A stretch of 61,005 nt of DNA from Patescibacteria group bacterium (lineage in GTDB: Bacteria; Patescibacteriota; Minisyncoccia; Phycocordibacterales; JANLHH01): the NCBI GenBank assembly GCA_038063375.1, contig JBBTVG010000003.1, forward strand, positions 9,060 to 70,064. Direction: 5' to 3'. The notes beneath the pieces are model-generated. The model was given only the letters and a program-made list of their open reading frames with translations, made no database searches and was not told the origin of the DNA. Positions 50,418-59,131 of the stretch are shown here, piece by piece. The translations under genes were made by a program, and so were the position numbers. Position 1 is the first letter of the stretch. Every line of letters begins with the position of its first letter.

Positions 50418-52104
50418 CATTACCATAACAAAAGAGCGGCTTCTCGCACTCAAGAACTGGTTCTCTGCCCGCGATCCGGAGCGATGGATCCTTTGGAGCG
50501 CGGTAGTACTTGCGATCGGGGCAACGGTCTACTCGTACCTTCACGGCTACATCATCGCGTACGGAGACGCGGAGTCGCATTTGAATATCGCCAAACGCGT
50601 GGTCGACAGCCTCACCCCGGGCTTCGCCCAATTGGGCGGTATTTGGCTGCCATTGCCGCACATCCTCATGATACCGTTCATGTACTCCGATTTATTATGG
50701 CGGAGCGGGCTCGCGGGTTCCATTATTTCCGGCGCGGCTTTTGTGGTTTCGTCACTTTTTCTCTACAAACTCGTGTGGCGCGTTACGGCAAGAAGAGGGG
50801 CGGCGCTTGTTGGGGCTATTGTCTTCATGACCAATCCAAACGTGCTGTATTTTCAGTCTACGCCGATGACGGAATTGACGCTCATCGCGTTCTTTGTGCT
50901 TTCAACCTACTATTTCGTTAAGTTTTTACAGGAAGACCGGATCATATCGCTTATCCTTGCCGCGGCATTCGGATTTGCCGCCACGCTCTCACGCTACGAC
51001 GGCTGGGCGCTCGTGCTGATGGAGGCCGGCATTATTGTTCTTTTGTATTTTCCGTACCGATTTAATGGGGACGCGTGGAAAAGCTTTTGGAAAATGGACA
51101 GCATAAAACATTTTGTGGTAAGTCGTGCTGAAAGCACAAAAGAATCACTCCGCGATTTGATAGGCAAACTTGAGGGAAAGCTGGTCTTGTATTCCACGCT
51201 CGCATTCTTTGGTATTCTCTTGTGGTTTGTGTGGGACTGGCTCATTTTGGGTGACCCGCTGTATTTTACCCATAGCACATTTTCTGCCGCCTCCCAACAG
51301 CAGGGCTGGCTCGCGCGCGGCGAACTCCCGGCGTATAAAAATGTTTGGGTTTCATTCTTGTATTACTTTGTCACCAGTATGAGTAATATCGGGATCGTAG
51401 CGTTTTTGGTCACGCTTGTCGGCTTGGCATACTTTATCTTTGATACAAGCGTTAAACACCGCATATATATTCTTCTGGTACTATTGGTTCCATTTTTCTT
51501 TAATGCCACGACGCTTTTTCTTGGGCAGTCGGTTATTTTTATTCCTCACTTAACCCCGACTTCTTTTGAGTGGACGCTCTTTAACGCGCGCTATGGCATC
51601 ATGATGGTTCCTTTTGCGGCGATGTGTGTGGGGTATCTATTTTATCGAAGCAGAGGGGCAGGGAAGGCGCTCATCGGAGGACTTCTCATTTTTCAAATAG
51701 CGCTCTATGGCATCGGGTACTCCGAGGTGATCTCTTTAGCGGACGGCACGAGGGGTCTTTCTTCGGGCATCACCAAGATGCACGATGCCCAATTTTGGTT
51801 TGCCGAAAATTATGATGATGGACTGGTGCTGGAAGACGACTTTGCGCGCAGTGTCAGTCTCATCAGAACCGGCGTTCCCATGGAAAAATTCATCTATGTC
51901 GGCAACAGGCCGTATTGGGAAGAATCCCTGGTTGAACCGCAAAAGTACGCGACGTGGATCATCATGCAGGAAAATGACACGTTGTGGAAGAATTTCTTTG
52001 AAAGACCTGAATTGGAAGCGAGACTTTATAAATATTTCAATAAAGCGTATACTTCACCTGAAATCCTTATCTTTAAACGAATCAAAGATGTCCCATCTAT
52101 TTAA
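50407..52104 (+). CDS. polytopic membrane protein, GT-C fold (ArnT/PMT-like) glycosyltransferase candidate
   Basis: YGDAESHLNIAKRV in the first loop and more than 10 TM helices. The ATG at 50407 overlaps the previous gene by 11 nt. Confidence 0.5.
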   Translation: MNLSITITKERLLALKNWFSARDPERWILWSAVVLAIGATVYSYLHGYIIAYGDAESHLNIAKRVVDSLTPGFAQLGGIWLPLPHILMIPFMYSDLLWRSGLAGSIISGAAFVVSSLFLYKLVWRVTARRGAALVGAIVFMTNPNVLYFQSTPMTELTLIAFFVLSTYYFVKFLQEDRIISLILAAAFGFAATLSRYDGWALVLMEAGIIVLLYFPYRFNGDAWKSFWKMDSIKHFVVSRAESTKESLRDLIGKLEGKLVLYSTLAFFGILLWFVWDWLILGDPLYFTHSTFSAASQQQGWLARGELPAYKNVWVSFLYYFVTSMSNIGIVAFLVTLVGLAYFIFDTSVKHRIYILLVLLVPFFFNATTLFLGQSVIFIPHLTPTSFEWTLFNARYGIMMVPFAAMCVGYLFYRSRGAGKALIGGLLIFQIALYGIGYSEVISLADGTRGLSSGITKMHDAQFWFAENYDDGLVLEDDFARSVSLIRTGVPMEKFIYVGNRPYWEESLVEPQKYATWIIMQENDTLWKNFFERPELEARLYKYFNKAYTSPEILIFKRIKDVPSI

Positions 52105-53359
52105 ACTGACAGCAATACTGCTTCTTTTCTTCGTTCTGTTTTTCTCTCCTGCCATAAACCCCGAAATACCCGTTTTCTCGGGAACGTTATGGAAGTATCA
52201 ATGCGTTGATACGGTAAAATATTCACGGGATACGGCGCGAGAGTGGGGTGGCAAGAGTGATGCGGTGGAATGGATAGAAGAACAGGTGGGCGCGATCAAA
52301 GAAACGGGTGCCAACTGCATATCCATCGGTACGCCGTATGACGAGGAATTTGTGCCGTTCCTGTCGCTGTGGGTGGAGGCGGCGCGCCGACACAATCTGC
52401 ATGTGTGGTTTCGCGGCAATCTCTCTTCATGGGAAGGGTGGTTTAGTTATCCGCTCTATACCGATCCGGCGGAACATCATCGCGATATCTACACGTTTAT
52501 CATCGCGCATCCGGAACTCTTTCGGAAAGGAGATATTTTCACTCCCGCGCCGGAGGCGGAGAACGGCATCTTGAAGAACGTATGGGAATCAGACGCGAAA
52601 AAAGAAGCGTTTCGTGATTTTCTTGTTGACTCTTACGAGAACTGTCAGAAGGCGATGGAAAAGGCGGGAGTAAAAGCGACCTGCGGGTATTTCTCCGTGA
52701 ACGGCGATGTCGCTAAGTCAATTCTCACCAAGGAAGTGGTCAAAAAAACAGGGAACGTGGTGGTAGTGGATCATTACGTGAAAGACTCGAAAAAGCTCGT
52801 GGCGGATGTGGAGTACTTGTATGAAAAATATGACGCGCCCGTGGTGCTGGGAGAATTTGGCGCGCCCATTCCCGATATTCATGGATACTTGTCAGAAACA
52901 AAACAGGCGCAAGTGGTGGAGGATATTCTGGATGAAGTGTATAGAAAAAAAGGGTCTGTTGTTATAGAAGGATTAAATTATTGGACGCTTCTGGGCGGTT
53001 CTACTTCGCTTTTAAACGATGACAAGAGCGAACGGAAAGTTTTTAAAACCATTCAAAAATACTATAAGCCGTTTGTGGTGGAGGGAATCGTGACCGACAC
53101 GCGAGGCACAAGACTTGCAGGCATACCTCTCATTATCGGCGGAGGCAAAAACAGTATAGAAAGCGACAGGGACGGAAATTATCAGATATTGACCCCCTAT
53201 GACAGTATTGAGCTCTCTATTAGCATGGATAAATATGTGCCGGTTTCGGAATCTTTCACGCGAAATGAGGACGGACGCCAGTATCACAATATCGTACTGG
53301 AACCCACAAATCCAAGCCTCTTCTATAGGTTTACGCTCTGGCTCCAAGGTGCCAAATAG
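52088..53359 (+). CDS. secreted TIM-barrel glycoside-hydrolase-like protein with a C-terminal carboxypeptidase-regulatory-like domain
   Basis: Signal/anchor MSHLFKLTAILLLFFVLFFSPA, then VVLGEFGAP (a GH5-like nucleophile context) and C-terminal GIVTDTRGTRLAGIPL...DRDGNYQI. The track's start at 51785 is rejected. Confidence 0.5.
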   Translation: MSHLFKLTAILLLFFVLFFSPAINPEIPVFSGTLWKYQCVDTVKYSRDTAREWGGKSDAVEWIEEQVGAIKETGANCISIGTPYDEEFVPFLSLWVEAARRHNLHVWFRGNLSSWEGWFSYPLYTDPAEHHRDIYTFIIAHPELFRKGDIFTPAPEAENGILKNVWESDAKKEAFRDFLVDSYENCQKAMEKAGVKATCGYFSVNGDVAKSILTKEVVKKTGNVVVVDHYVKDSKKLVADVEYLYEKYDAPVVLGEFGAPIPDIHGYLSETKQAQVVEDILDEVYRKKGSVVIEGLNYWTLLGGSTSLLNDDKSERKVFKTIQKYYKPFVVEGIVTDTRGTRLAGIPLIIGGGKNSIESDRDGNYQILTPYDSIELSISMDKYVPVSESFTRNEDGRQYHNIVLEPTNPSLFYRFTLWLQGAK

Positions 53360-53431
53360 AGTAAATACTTGCCCCGCTAGTAGAAAACGGTATGGTCATA
53401 TCAAAGATATGACGCGCAAGGCGCCATACCG

Positions 53432-53476
53432 TTTTTCACTACGGGGCTTGCATTTTTTAGTATTTTAGGTAGAATA
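53432..53476 (+). promoter_or_regulatory. rplU promoter TTGCAT-N17-AGAATA with a shared 20-nt upstream box
   Basis: TTTTTCACTACGGGGCTTGC (53432-53451) is identical to 16074-16093. It follows a long terminator-like stem (AAAACGGTATGG / CCATACCGTTTT, 53384-53443). Confidence 0.5.
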
Positions 53477-53483
53477 AGAAGCT

Positions 53484-53804
53484 ATGAAATTCGCAGTTAT
53501 AGAAACAGGTGGCAAGCAGTACAAAGTCTCTGAAGGAGACGCTCTTACCATTGAAAAGCTCCCCGGCGAGCACAAGGAAGGGGACACAATCATCTTTGAT
53601 AAGGTGCTTCTTGTAGATGACGGCAAAACCACGAAAGTGGGGACCCCGTATCTTGAAGGTGTTACCGTGGAAGCGGTATTTACTGAAGAGGGGAAGGGAA
53701 AGAAGGTGGTCGTCATCCGATATAAGTCAAAAAGTCGTTATTTCAAGAAAAAAGGTCATCGTCAGCCATACAATACGGTGACCATCTCATCGGTGGCAAA
53801 GTAA
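53484..53804 (+). CDS. rplU: 50S ribosomal protein L21
   Basis: MKFAVIETGGKQYKVSEGD...HRQPYT-like C-terminus. Confidence 0.92.
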   Translation: MKFAVIETGGKQYKVSEGDALTIEKLPGEHKEGDTIIFDKVLLVDDGKTTKVGTPYLEGVTVEAVFTEEGKGKKVVVIRYKSKSRYFKKKGHRQPYNTVTISSVAK

Positions 53805-53835
53805 CACATAGGACGGTCCCCTGTATTTAGCACTA

Positions 53836-53873
53836 AAGCAAAACCCCGCTCAAACGAGTGGGGTTTTGCTTTA
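53836..53873. terminator. bidirectional rho-independent terminator
   Basis: AAGCAAAACCCCGCTC-AAAC-GAGTGGGGTTTTGCTT lies between rplU (+) and recR (-). Confidence 0.8.
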
Positions 53874-53902
53874 TGAAGGCAATACGAAGGCAAGGCCTTC
53901 GT

Positions 53903-54517
53903 TTAATTTCTGTTCTTGAGAGCGCTTTCAAGGGTGTCAGTGTCGGAATATTCAACTTCGGTTCCGGTGGAGAAGCCGCGGCCAAGCGTGGTGACTTTCA
54001 ATCCTGCCTTTTGCGTGAATGGCTCCAATATCTTTTTTACATATTGAGTCGCGTTTTCTCCTTCCGGATTAACGGAAAGAGCCACGATCACTTCTTTGAG
54101 ACCGATCTTTACTCCTCGAGACACTGCGTCAATAAGCTCTTTTGCGCGAATCTTTTTTGCGGGTTCAGCCACTAGAATGGGGAGCGAGCCGCCCAGTACG
54201 AAAAACCTGCCGTGGTAGACATTCGTTTTTTTGACGTTCTCAAGATCAACGTCCTTTTCAACCACCATAAGTATTGAGATGTCGGTGTTTGGGTCGGCAC
54301 AGATATCGCAGAGGCGCTGTTTTTCGCCACCCGTGAAGTGGCGATAACAAAACTCGCATTGGGAAATTTCTTTTTTCAGATTCGCGATAAGGCGCGAAAG
54401 CTCTTGCAGGGATTCACTGTCTTGCGTGAGCAAAAAATAGACAAAGCGTCTTGCTTGCCGCAACCCTATGCCGGGAAATTTTCTAAACAGCTCGGTAAGT
54501 TTTTCAATTGAATTCAT
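53903..54517 (-). CDS. recR: recombination protein RecR
   Basis: LPGIGLRQARRFVYFL helix-hairpin-helix, a C4 zinc finger CEFCYRHF...RLCDIC, and a Toprim region. Confidence 0.9.
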   Translation of the reverse strand: MNSIEKLTELFRKFPGIGLRQARRFVYFLLTQDSESLQELSRLIANLKKEISQCEFCYRHFTGGEKQRLCDICADPNTDISILMVVEKDVDLENVKKTNVYHGRFFVLGGSLPILVAEPAKKIRAKELIDAVSRGVKIGLKEVIVALSVNPEGENATQYVKKILEPFTQKAGLKVTTLGRGFSTGTEVEYSDTDTLESALKNRN

Positions 54518-54636
54518 CCCGTTAGAGGCAAGTCGCGATCATCGCGCCGTGTACCCGGTTATTTTTATAATGTTGTGTTTGAATTCGTAACATTGTTTTT
54601 TATATTAAAACGACTGCGGCCTCTAACGGGATTCAT
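54512..54636. mobile_element. MITE-like element, family 3 (113 bp, 12-bp perfect terminal inverted repeats) with a 6-bp target-site duplication ATTCAT
   Basis: CCCGTTAGAGGC (54518-54529) and GCCTCTAACGGG (54619-54630). ATTCAT lies at 54512-54517 and 54631-54636. The left copy contains the recR start codon (CAT on the + strand). Confidence 0.75.
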
Positions 54637-54644
54637 GGTTTACG

Positions 54645-56018
54645 TTAGAATGCCTCAAAGTCTTCGCTGGTGCCGGCGTATTGGCTCTTCTCAATATTAA
54701 GAAACGTTGTTTTTTTAGCATCAAAATAGAGTTCAATTTTTCCCGTAGGACCATTTCTGTGTTTCTCAATAAGAATCTCGGCGATATTCGGCTTGTCGGA
54801 ATCTTCTTTATATTTATCCTCGCGGTGAATAAAGAGCACCATGTCCGCGTCTTGTTCAATAGAGCCGGAATCGCGCAGGTCGGAGAGTCTGGGTTTGCCG
54901 CCGCGGGATTCAACCGCGCGTGAGAGCTGAGAAAGCGCCAACACCGGCACCTCAAGCTCTCGAGCGAGTGCTTTCAAGGATCGGGATATTTCCGTCACTT
55001 GATTCACCATAGAATCATAGTTTTTGGATGTCTGCATAAGCTGGAGGTAGTCTACGATAATAAGTCCCAAGCCGTGCTCGCTTTTCAGGCGTCGTGCCGT
55101 GGAGCGCATCCCCAAGACGGTGTTGGAGGGCTTGTCATCAATGAAAATAGGCGCTTTTGCAAGCTTGTCCAGAGAGTCTCTGATTTTTGAGAATTCCTCA
55201 TCGGTGGTGAGTTTGCCGGTGCGCAGTTTCCATGCATCCACGTGCGATTCGGCGGCAAGCATACGGTCTACCAGCTGTTGAGAACTCATCTCAAGAGAAA
55301 AAATGCCGACGGGGATATTGTGTTGTGTGGCGGCTTGTCTGGCAATATCAAGCGCAAGCGCCGTCTTACCCATGGAAGGGCGCGCCGCCAAGATGATGAG
55401 GTCTGATTTTTGGAGACCCGCGATATGATCATCAAGAGCTTTGAATCCCGTAGGAATGCCGCGAAGCTGGTCCTTTTTATGGTGGAGGGACTCAAGACGA
55501 TCCCACGCCTCCCCAAGCGTTTCGCGGATACTTACGAACCTCTGTCCAATGGGTGCATTCGTAACGGCAAAGATCTGTCTTTCCGCTTCGTCCAAGAGCT
55601 CTTCAATGTGCGAGTCTTCTTTATAGCCAAGTTCTGATATGCGGCCGGAGACATCAATAAGGCTTCGCATGACTGCCTTTTTTTGCACGATCTCGGCGTA
55701 ATGTTTTAAATTGGACGCCGAGGGTACGGCGTTTACCAGCTCTGTCAGATAGGTGCTTCCGCCGATCTGGTCCAGTTTCTTTTTTTCTTGCAGTTTGCTG
55801 GAAAGAGAAAGAAGATCAATGGGTTCGCTTCTTGAAAAAAGTTCAAGCATTGACTGGAAGATGTAGCGATGCTTTTCGGCGTAAAATGAATCCGGCGTAA
55901 TGATATCAATTGATTCATTCATCCCATCCGGTTTGAGCATGAGAGAGCCCAAGAGTGCCTTTTCTGATTCAAGATTCTGCGGCGGAATGCGCATGTTGGT
56001 GTTTTGTTTTTGCGCCAT
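54645..56018 (-). CDS. dnaB: replicative DNA helicase DnaB
   Basis: N-terminal PPQNLESEKALLGS, Walker A ARPSMGKTALAL, and IIVDYLQLM. The ATG at 56018 is preferred; the track extension to 56108 has no homology. Confidence 0.92.
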   Translation of the reverse strand: MAQKQNTNMRIPPQNLESEKALLGSLMLKPDGMNESIDIITPDSFYAEKHRYIFQSMLELFSRSEPIDLLSLSSKLQEKKKLDQIGGSTYLTELVNAVPSASNLKHYAEIVQKKAVMRSLIDVSGRISELGYKEDSHIEELLDEAERQIFAVTNAPIGQRFVSIRETLGEAWDRLESLHHKKDQLRGIPTGFKALDDHIAGLQKSDLIILAARPSMGKTALALDIARQAATQHNIPVGIFSLEMSSQQLVDRMLAAESHVDAWKLRTGKLTTDEEFSKIRDSLDKLAKAPIFIDDKPSNTVLGMRSTARRLKSEHGLGLIIVDYLQLMQTSKNYDSMVNQVTEISRSLKALARELEVPVLALSQLSRAVESRGGKPRLSDLRDSGSIEQDADMVLFIHREDKYKEDSDKPNIAEILIEKHRNGPTGKIELYFDAKKTTFLNIEKSQYAGTSEDFEAF

Positions 56019-56103
56019 AGTGTAGCCATTGTAGCATAGAATTTTAGCCAGGAAAGAAAGCGCTACGGGAGAACATGTAGACAAGGTGTGGGTATCTAGG
56101 GCT

Positions 56104-56136
56104 ATCATCCGCCAAGGGTTACCCTTGGCGGATGAT
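56104..56136. promoter_or_regulatory. 33-nt perfect palindrome in the dnaB / 56208 divergent control region
   Basis: ATCATCCGCCAAGGGT-T-ACCCTTGGCGGATGAT lies directly upstream of the -35 box at 56138. Confidence 0.4.
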
Positions 56137-56137
56137 A

Positions 56138-56166
56138 TTGACGATACACGTCAATAAAGGTATAGT
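56138..56166 (+). promoter_or_regulatory. promoter TTGACG-N17-TATAGT
   Basis: The hexamers lie upstream of the ORF at 56208, which has an AAAGGAGG ribosome-binding site. Confidence 0.55.
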
Positions 56167-56207
56167 TTTCAATAGAACATCAACCATCACAAGAAAGGAG
56201 GTTCCCT

Positions 56208-56465
56208 ATGCGCCCTGTGTGGTATCCGCGAAAAGAACACGTGGCTCTTGCTGTTATCTTTGGAATTGCCGTTGTTCTGCCAATCGCAGTAATGGGATGG
56301 CGCAAAGCGATCTTCCTGGTGATAGTGAATGTCATCATCATTCTGGTAATAGGAGAGCATAATCGGTCAAAAGACATATTTGAAAAATGGAAAAAAGAAC
56401 GGGAAGAACTCCTCACACCCGTGGAGAAAAACAAGAAACACTCCTTTGATCTTGGTAAAAAGTAA
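56208..56465 (+). CDS. small membrane protein
   Basis: Strong AAAGGAGG ribosome-binding site, two TM helices, and a terminator downstream. Confidence 0.65.
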   Translation: MRPVWYPRKEHVALAVIFGIAVVLPIAVMGWRKAIFLVIVNVIIILVIGEHNRSKDIFEKWKKEREELLTPVEKNKKHSFDLGKK

Positions 56466-56470
56466 AAAGC

Positions 56471-56499
56471 AATAGAGGCGCAAACGCGCCTCTATTTTT
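56471..56499 (+). terminator. rho-independent terminator
   Basis: ATAGAGGCGC-AAAC-GCGCCTCTAT followed by TTTTT. Confidence 0.8.
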
Positions 56500-56581
56500 T
56501 ATTGCCTAGCGAGTGAGCGGAGAGAAAAAGTATCTTCTTTTTCTCTCCCGAACGAGCGACGGCAACAAAGGGTTTAATACC
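56498..56581 (-). repeat. family 2 repeat unit, overlapping the 3' end of cysS
   Basis: TTATTGCCTAGCGAGTGAGCGGA-(hairpin GAGAAAAAG...CTTTTTCTC)-TCCCGAACGAGCGACGGCAACAAAGGGTTTAATACCC. Its reverse complement aligns with 31176-31256. The GGGTATTAA box supplies the last cysS codons and the stop. Confidence 0.7.
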
Positions 56582-57956
56582 CTTTATATATTCTCGCCCC
56601 CGTGTCCGTATCTTTTATTTCATATCCCAACGATTCTATCTGTGTGCGCAATTCGTCGGACTTTTGCCAGTTCGCATCTTTGCGATATTGTTCGCGCTCT
56701 CGTGCAAGTTTAATTATTTCTTCGGGAATCTCATCGGGTTTCTGATTTGCGATATTGAGACCGAGTACTTCGTCAAACAAAACAATTGTTGCTTTTTTGT
56801 CGGCGGGGGAGAGAGTGATATCTTTAACCAGTTCCCACAGGAGCGCTATCGCTCTCGGCGTATCTAAGTCGCTATTGATGAATGAGTGAAATTTCTCCGC
56901 GTAATCTTTATCAGCGCGCCCGATTTCTTTTCCGTATTCCACAAACAATGCGTAGAGTTTCCCTAGTGCGGTTTGCGCGCCGCTCTGCGCCTCCCAGGTG
57001 AAGTTAATTGTTTTTTTGTAATCGGCAGTGAGGAGCCAGTAACGATAGCCGAAAGGGGAATATCCCTTTTCTTTCAGCGTTTTCAGAGTAATGAAATTGC
57101 CCCCTGATTTTGCCATTTTCTCGCCTAGAATATTCACAAACCCAGTGTGCATCCAATAATTCACAAATCTCTCTCCCGTGGCCGTCTCCGACTGCGCGAT
57201 CTCATTCGTGTGATGCACGGGAATATGATCAATTCCGCCCGTATGAATATCAAAATGCACACCGAGATATTTCATTGACATCGCGCTGCATTCCAAATGC
57301 CAACCCGGAAAACCGACACCCCACGGAGAGTCCCATTCCTGCTGACGTTTTTCTTCCGGCTTTGAAAATTTCCAAAGAGCGAAGTCGGTGCTGTTTCTTT
57401 TTTCCGGATTCTTCAAAACGCGTGCTCCTTCTTTGAGTCCCGCAATATTGAGACGCGCCAACTGCCCGTAGTGTTCGTATGTTGAAGTGTCAAAATAGAC
57501 ACCGTCGGATGTCGTATAGACAGCGCCTTTCTTCTCCAATGTTTTGATGAGTTCAATTTGTTCGGCAATATGTTCGCTCGCTTTGGGGAATAAAGTCCCC
57601 GTGGTGTCTATATTGAGCAAAGAGAGGTCAGCCAAAAAAGCGTCCGTATAATATGCGGCGATTTCTTTCGCGGTTTTTCCTTCGCGCCGCGCTCCCGCTT
57701 CCAGCTTGTCCTCACCCTCGTCCTCGTCAGAGGTCAAATGCCCGACGTCCGTGATATTGATGACCTGCTTTACGACATACTTATTGAATACGAACATTTT
57801 GCGCAATACATCGGCAAATATATAGGCGCGCAAATTGCCGATATGCGCATAGTCGTATACCGTCGGCCCGCAGTGGTACATAAAAACCTCCCTCTCGGCA
57901 AGCGGGTGGAACAATTCTTTTGAACGCGTGAGCGTATTGTATAGGTGTATGTCCAT
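56574..57956 (-). CDS. cysS: cysteine--tRNA ligase
   Basis: The HIGH region is [17 protein letters not shown] and the KMSKS variant is KMAKSGGN. Confidence 0.93.
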   Translation of the reverse strand: MDIHLYNTLTRSKELFHPLAEREVFMYHCGPTVYDYAHIGNLRAYIFADVLRKMFVFNKYVVKQVINITDVGHLTSDEDEGEDKLEAGARREGKTAKEIAAYYTDAFLADLSLLNIDTTGTLFPKASEHIAEQIELIKTLEKKGAVYTTSDGVYFDTSTYEHYGQLARLNIAGLKEGARVLKNPEKRNSTDFALWKFSKPEEKRQQEWDSPWGVGFPGWHLECSAMSMKYLGVHFDIHTGGIDHIPVHHTNEIAQSETATGERFVNYWMHTGFVNILGEKMAKSGGNFITLKTLKEKGYSPFGYRYWLLTADYKKTINFTWEAQSGAQTALGKLYALFVEYGKEIGRADKDYAEKFHSFINSDLDTPRAIALLWELVKDITLSPADKKATIVLFDEVLGLNIANQKPDEIPEEIIKLAREREQYRKDANWQKSDELRTQIESLGYEIKDTDTGARIYKGY

Positions 57957-57974
57957 GTAATCCTGTCTCCCGAC

Positions 57975-58889
57975 CTAGATCCACTTCTTGCGCTTAAAGT
58001 ACAGGAACATAAGAAATGTTGCAAATCCCATGATTCCCATCACGATCCAGAAATCTCCCGGTGTACCGATAATGGGAATATAAACGGTATTCATGCCGAA
58101 GATCGCCGCAATCAAAGAAAGAGGGAAGGTGACAAATGCCATGATCGTCAGGATCTTCATGACCTCGTTTTGTTTCGTGGAGAGGAGCGAGTCATTGGTG
58201 TTGCGCAACTCAAGAACGGTTTCTCTGTTGCCTTCAAGGTGGCTTGCGATCTTGAAATATTCGCCGGAAATGGCGCTGAGGTAATACGAGAATTTTTCTC
58301 CAAAAAATCTGCTTCCTACCATCTCAAGGGAGGAGAGCACGTCCTGATGGAGACGTATGGACTGTTTGAAATTAAGAAGATTTCTATTGATCTTGGATAT
58401 TTTTTCCACCATGGCTCTTTCTTTTCCTTTAAAGATATCTTCTTCCACCTTCTCTAGCGCGGCATTCACGTATTCAAGTTCTTGCGCGAGAGATTTATAC
58501 AACTCTTTGGCGATATAGAAAAATACAAACCCCGCATGATTGCCGATGTGACTTTTATCAATGATTGAATTCACCTCAAACACTTTGGAAAATTCGTGCA
58601 AGGTGTCTATCATCGTGTAGTGCGTAGTGATGATAAAATCTTTCCCGATAACGAAGTCCACTTCCTGTTCCGGATCGTGTCCATGCGTATGCTGGAATGC
58701 GGGGAAGTGAAGTATCAAATAGATAAAGTTGTCGTAGAGGTCCACCTTGGGGCGCAGTGTAGGGGAGCGAAGTTCTTCAGCCACCAGAGGATGAATGCCA
58801 AACTCTTTCATAAGAGCGCGCACTTCTTCTTGTGTCGGAGACTCAAGGTCTATCCACGTGATTTTTTTGTATTTGTATCGGGAGATCAT
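57975..58889 (-). CDS. corA: magnesium/cobalt transporter CorA
   Basis: The GMN motif is in IAAIFGMNTVYIP, with two C-terminal TM helices. Confidence 0.88.
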   Translation of the reverse strand: MISRYKYKKITWIDLESPTQEEVRALMKEFGIHPLVAEELRSPTLRPKVDLYDNFIYLILHFPAFQHTHGHDPEQEVDFVIGKDFIITTHYTMIDTLHEFSKVFEVNSIIDKSHIGNHAGFVFFYIAKELYKSLAQELEYVNAALEKVEEDIFKGKERAMVEKISKINRNLLNFKQSIRLHQDVLSSLEMVGSRFFGEKFSYYLSAISGEYFKIASHLEGNRETVLELRNTNDSLLSTKQNEVMKILTIMAFVTFPLSLIAAIFGMNTVYIPIIGTPGDFWIVMGIMGFATFLMFLYFKRKKWI

Positions 58890-58930
58890 TAAGGGTACTG
58901 TACTGCTTGCAGATTAAATAACGTATTACC

Positions 58931-58959
58931 ATTATAACTTCCCTAATATCGGATAACAA
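58931..58959 (-). promoter_or_regulatory. corA promoter TTGTTA-N17-TATAAT (minus strand)
   Basis: The reverse complement of 58954-58959 is TTGTTA and that of 58931-58936 is TATAAT. Confidence 0.5.
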
Positions 58960-58963
58960 GTTA

Positions 58964-59088
58964 TTATGCCTAGTGAGGAGCGGAATAAAAATCGAAACAA
59001 ATGAAATGAGTGAAGATTTGTATTCAATCCGAATGACGGCATAACAAAGGGTATTAAACCACAGAGCTTGCTCTGCGGTTTAATACCC
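58964..59088 (-). repeat. family 2 repeat unit plus a palindromic GGTATTAAACC / GGTTTAATACC module
   Basis: TTATGCCTAGTGAGGAGCGGA...GACGGCATAACAAAGGGTATTAAACC is followed by ACAGAGCTTGCTCTGC and GGTTTAATACCC. Confidence 0.65.
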
Positions 59089-59096
59089 TTTATAAT
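59068..59096 (+). promoter_or_regulatory. promoter TTGCTC-N17-TATAAT built from the repeat module
   Basis: The -35 box lies in the hairpin loop of the module. The spacer is the GGTTTAATACCC box. It is 28/31 identical to the promoter at 16088-16118. Confidence 0.5.
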
Positions 59097-59131
59097 TGGC
59101 TCCATTGCCACCTGTGGTACATTATTTCACC

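Noticed and set aside
53858-54175. 105-aa ORF on the + strand opposite recR.
   Set aside because: It lies entirely antisense to a full-length RecR gene that has all the conserved motifs. It begins inside the bidirectional terminator and has no ribosome-binding site.
31098-59088. Possibility that the recurring GGTATTAAACC-type boxes are a CRISPR array or its remnants.
   Set aside because: The copies are scattered over 28 kb in both orientations. They have no regular repeat-spacer periodicity, variable internal hairpins and no cas genes in the window.
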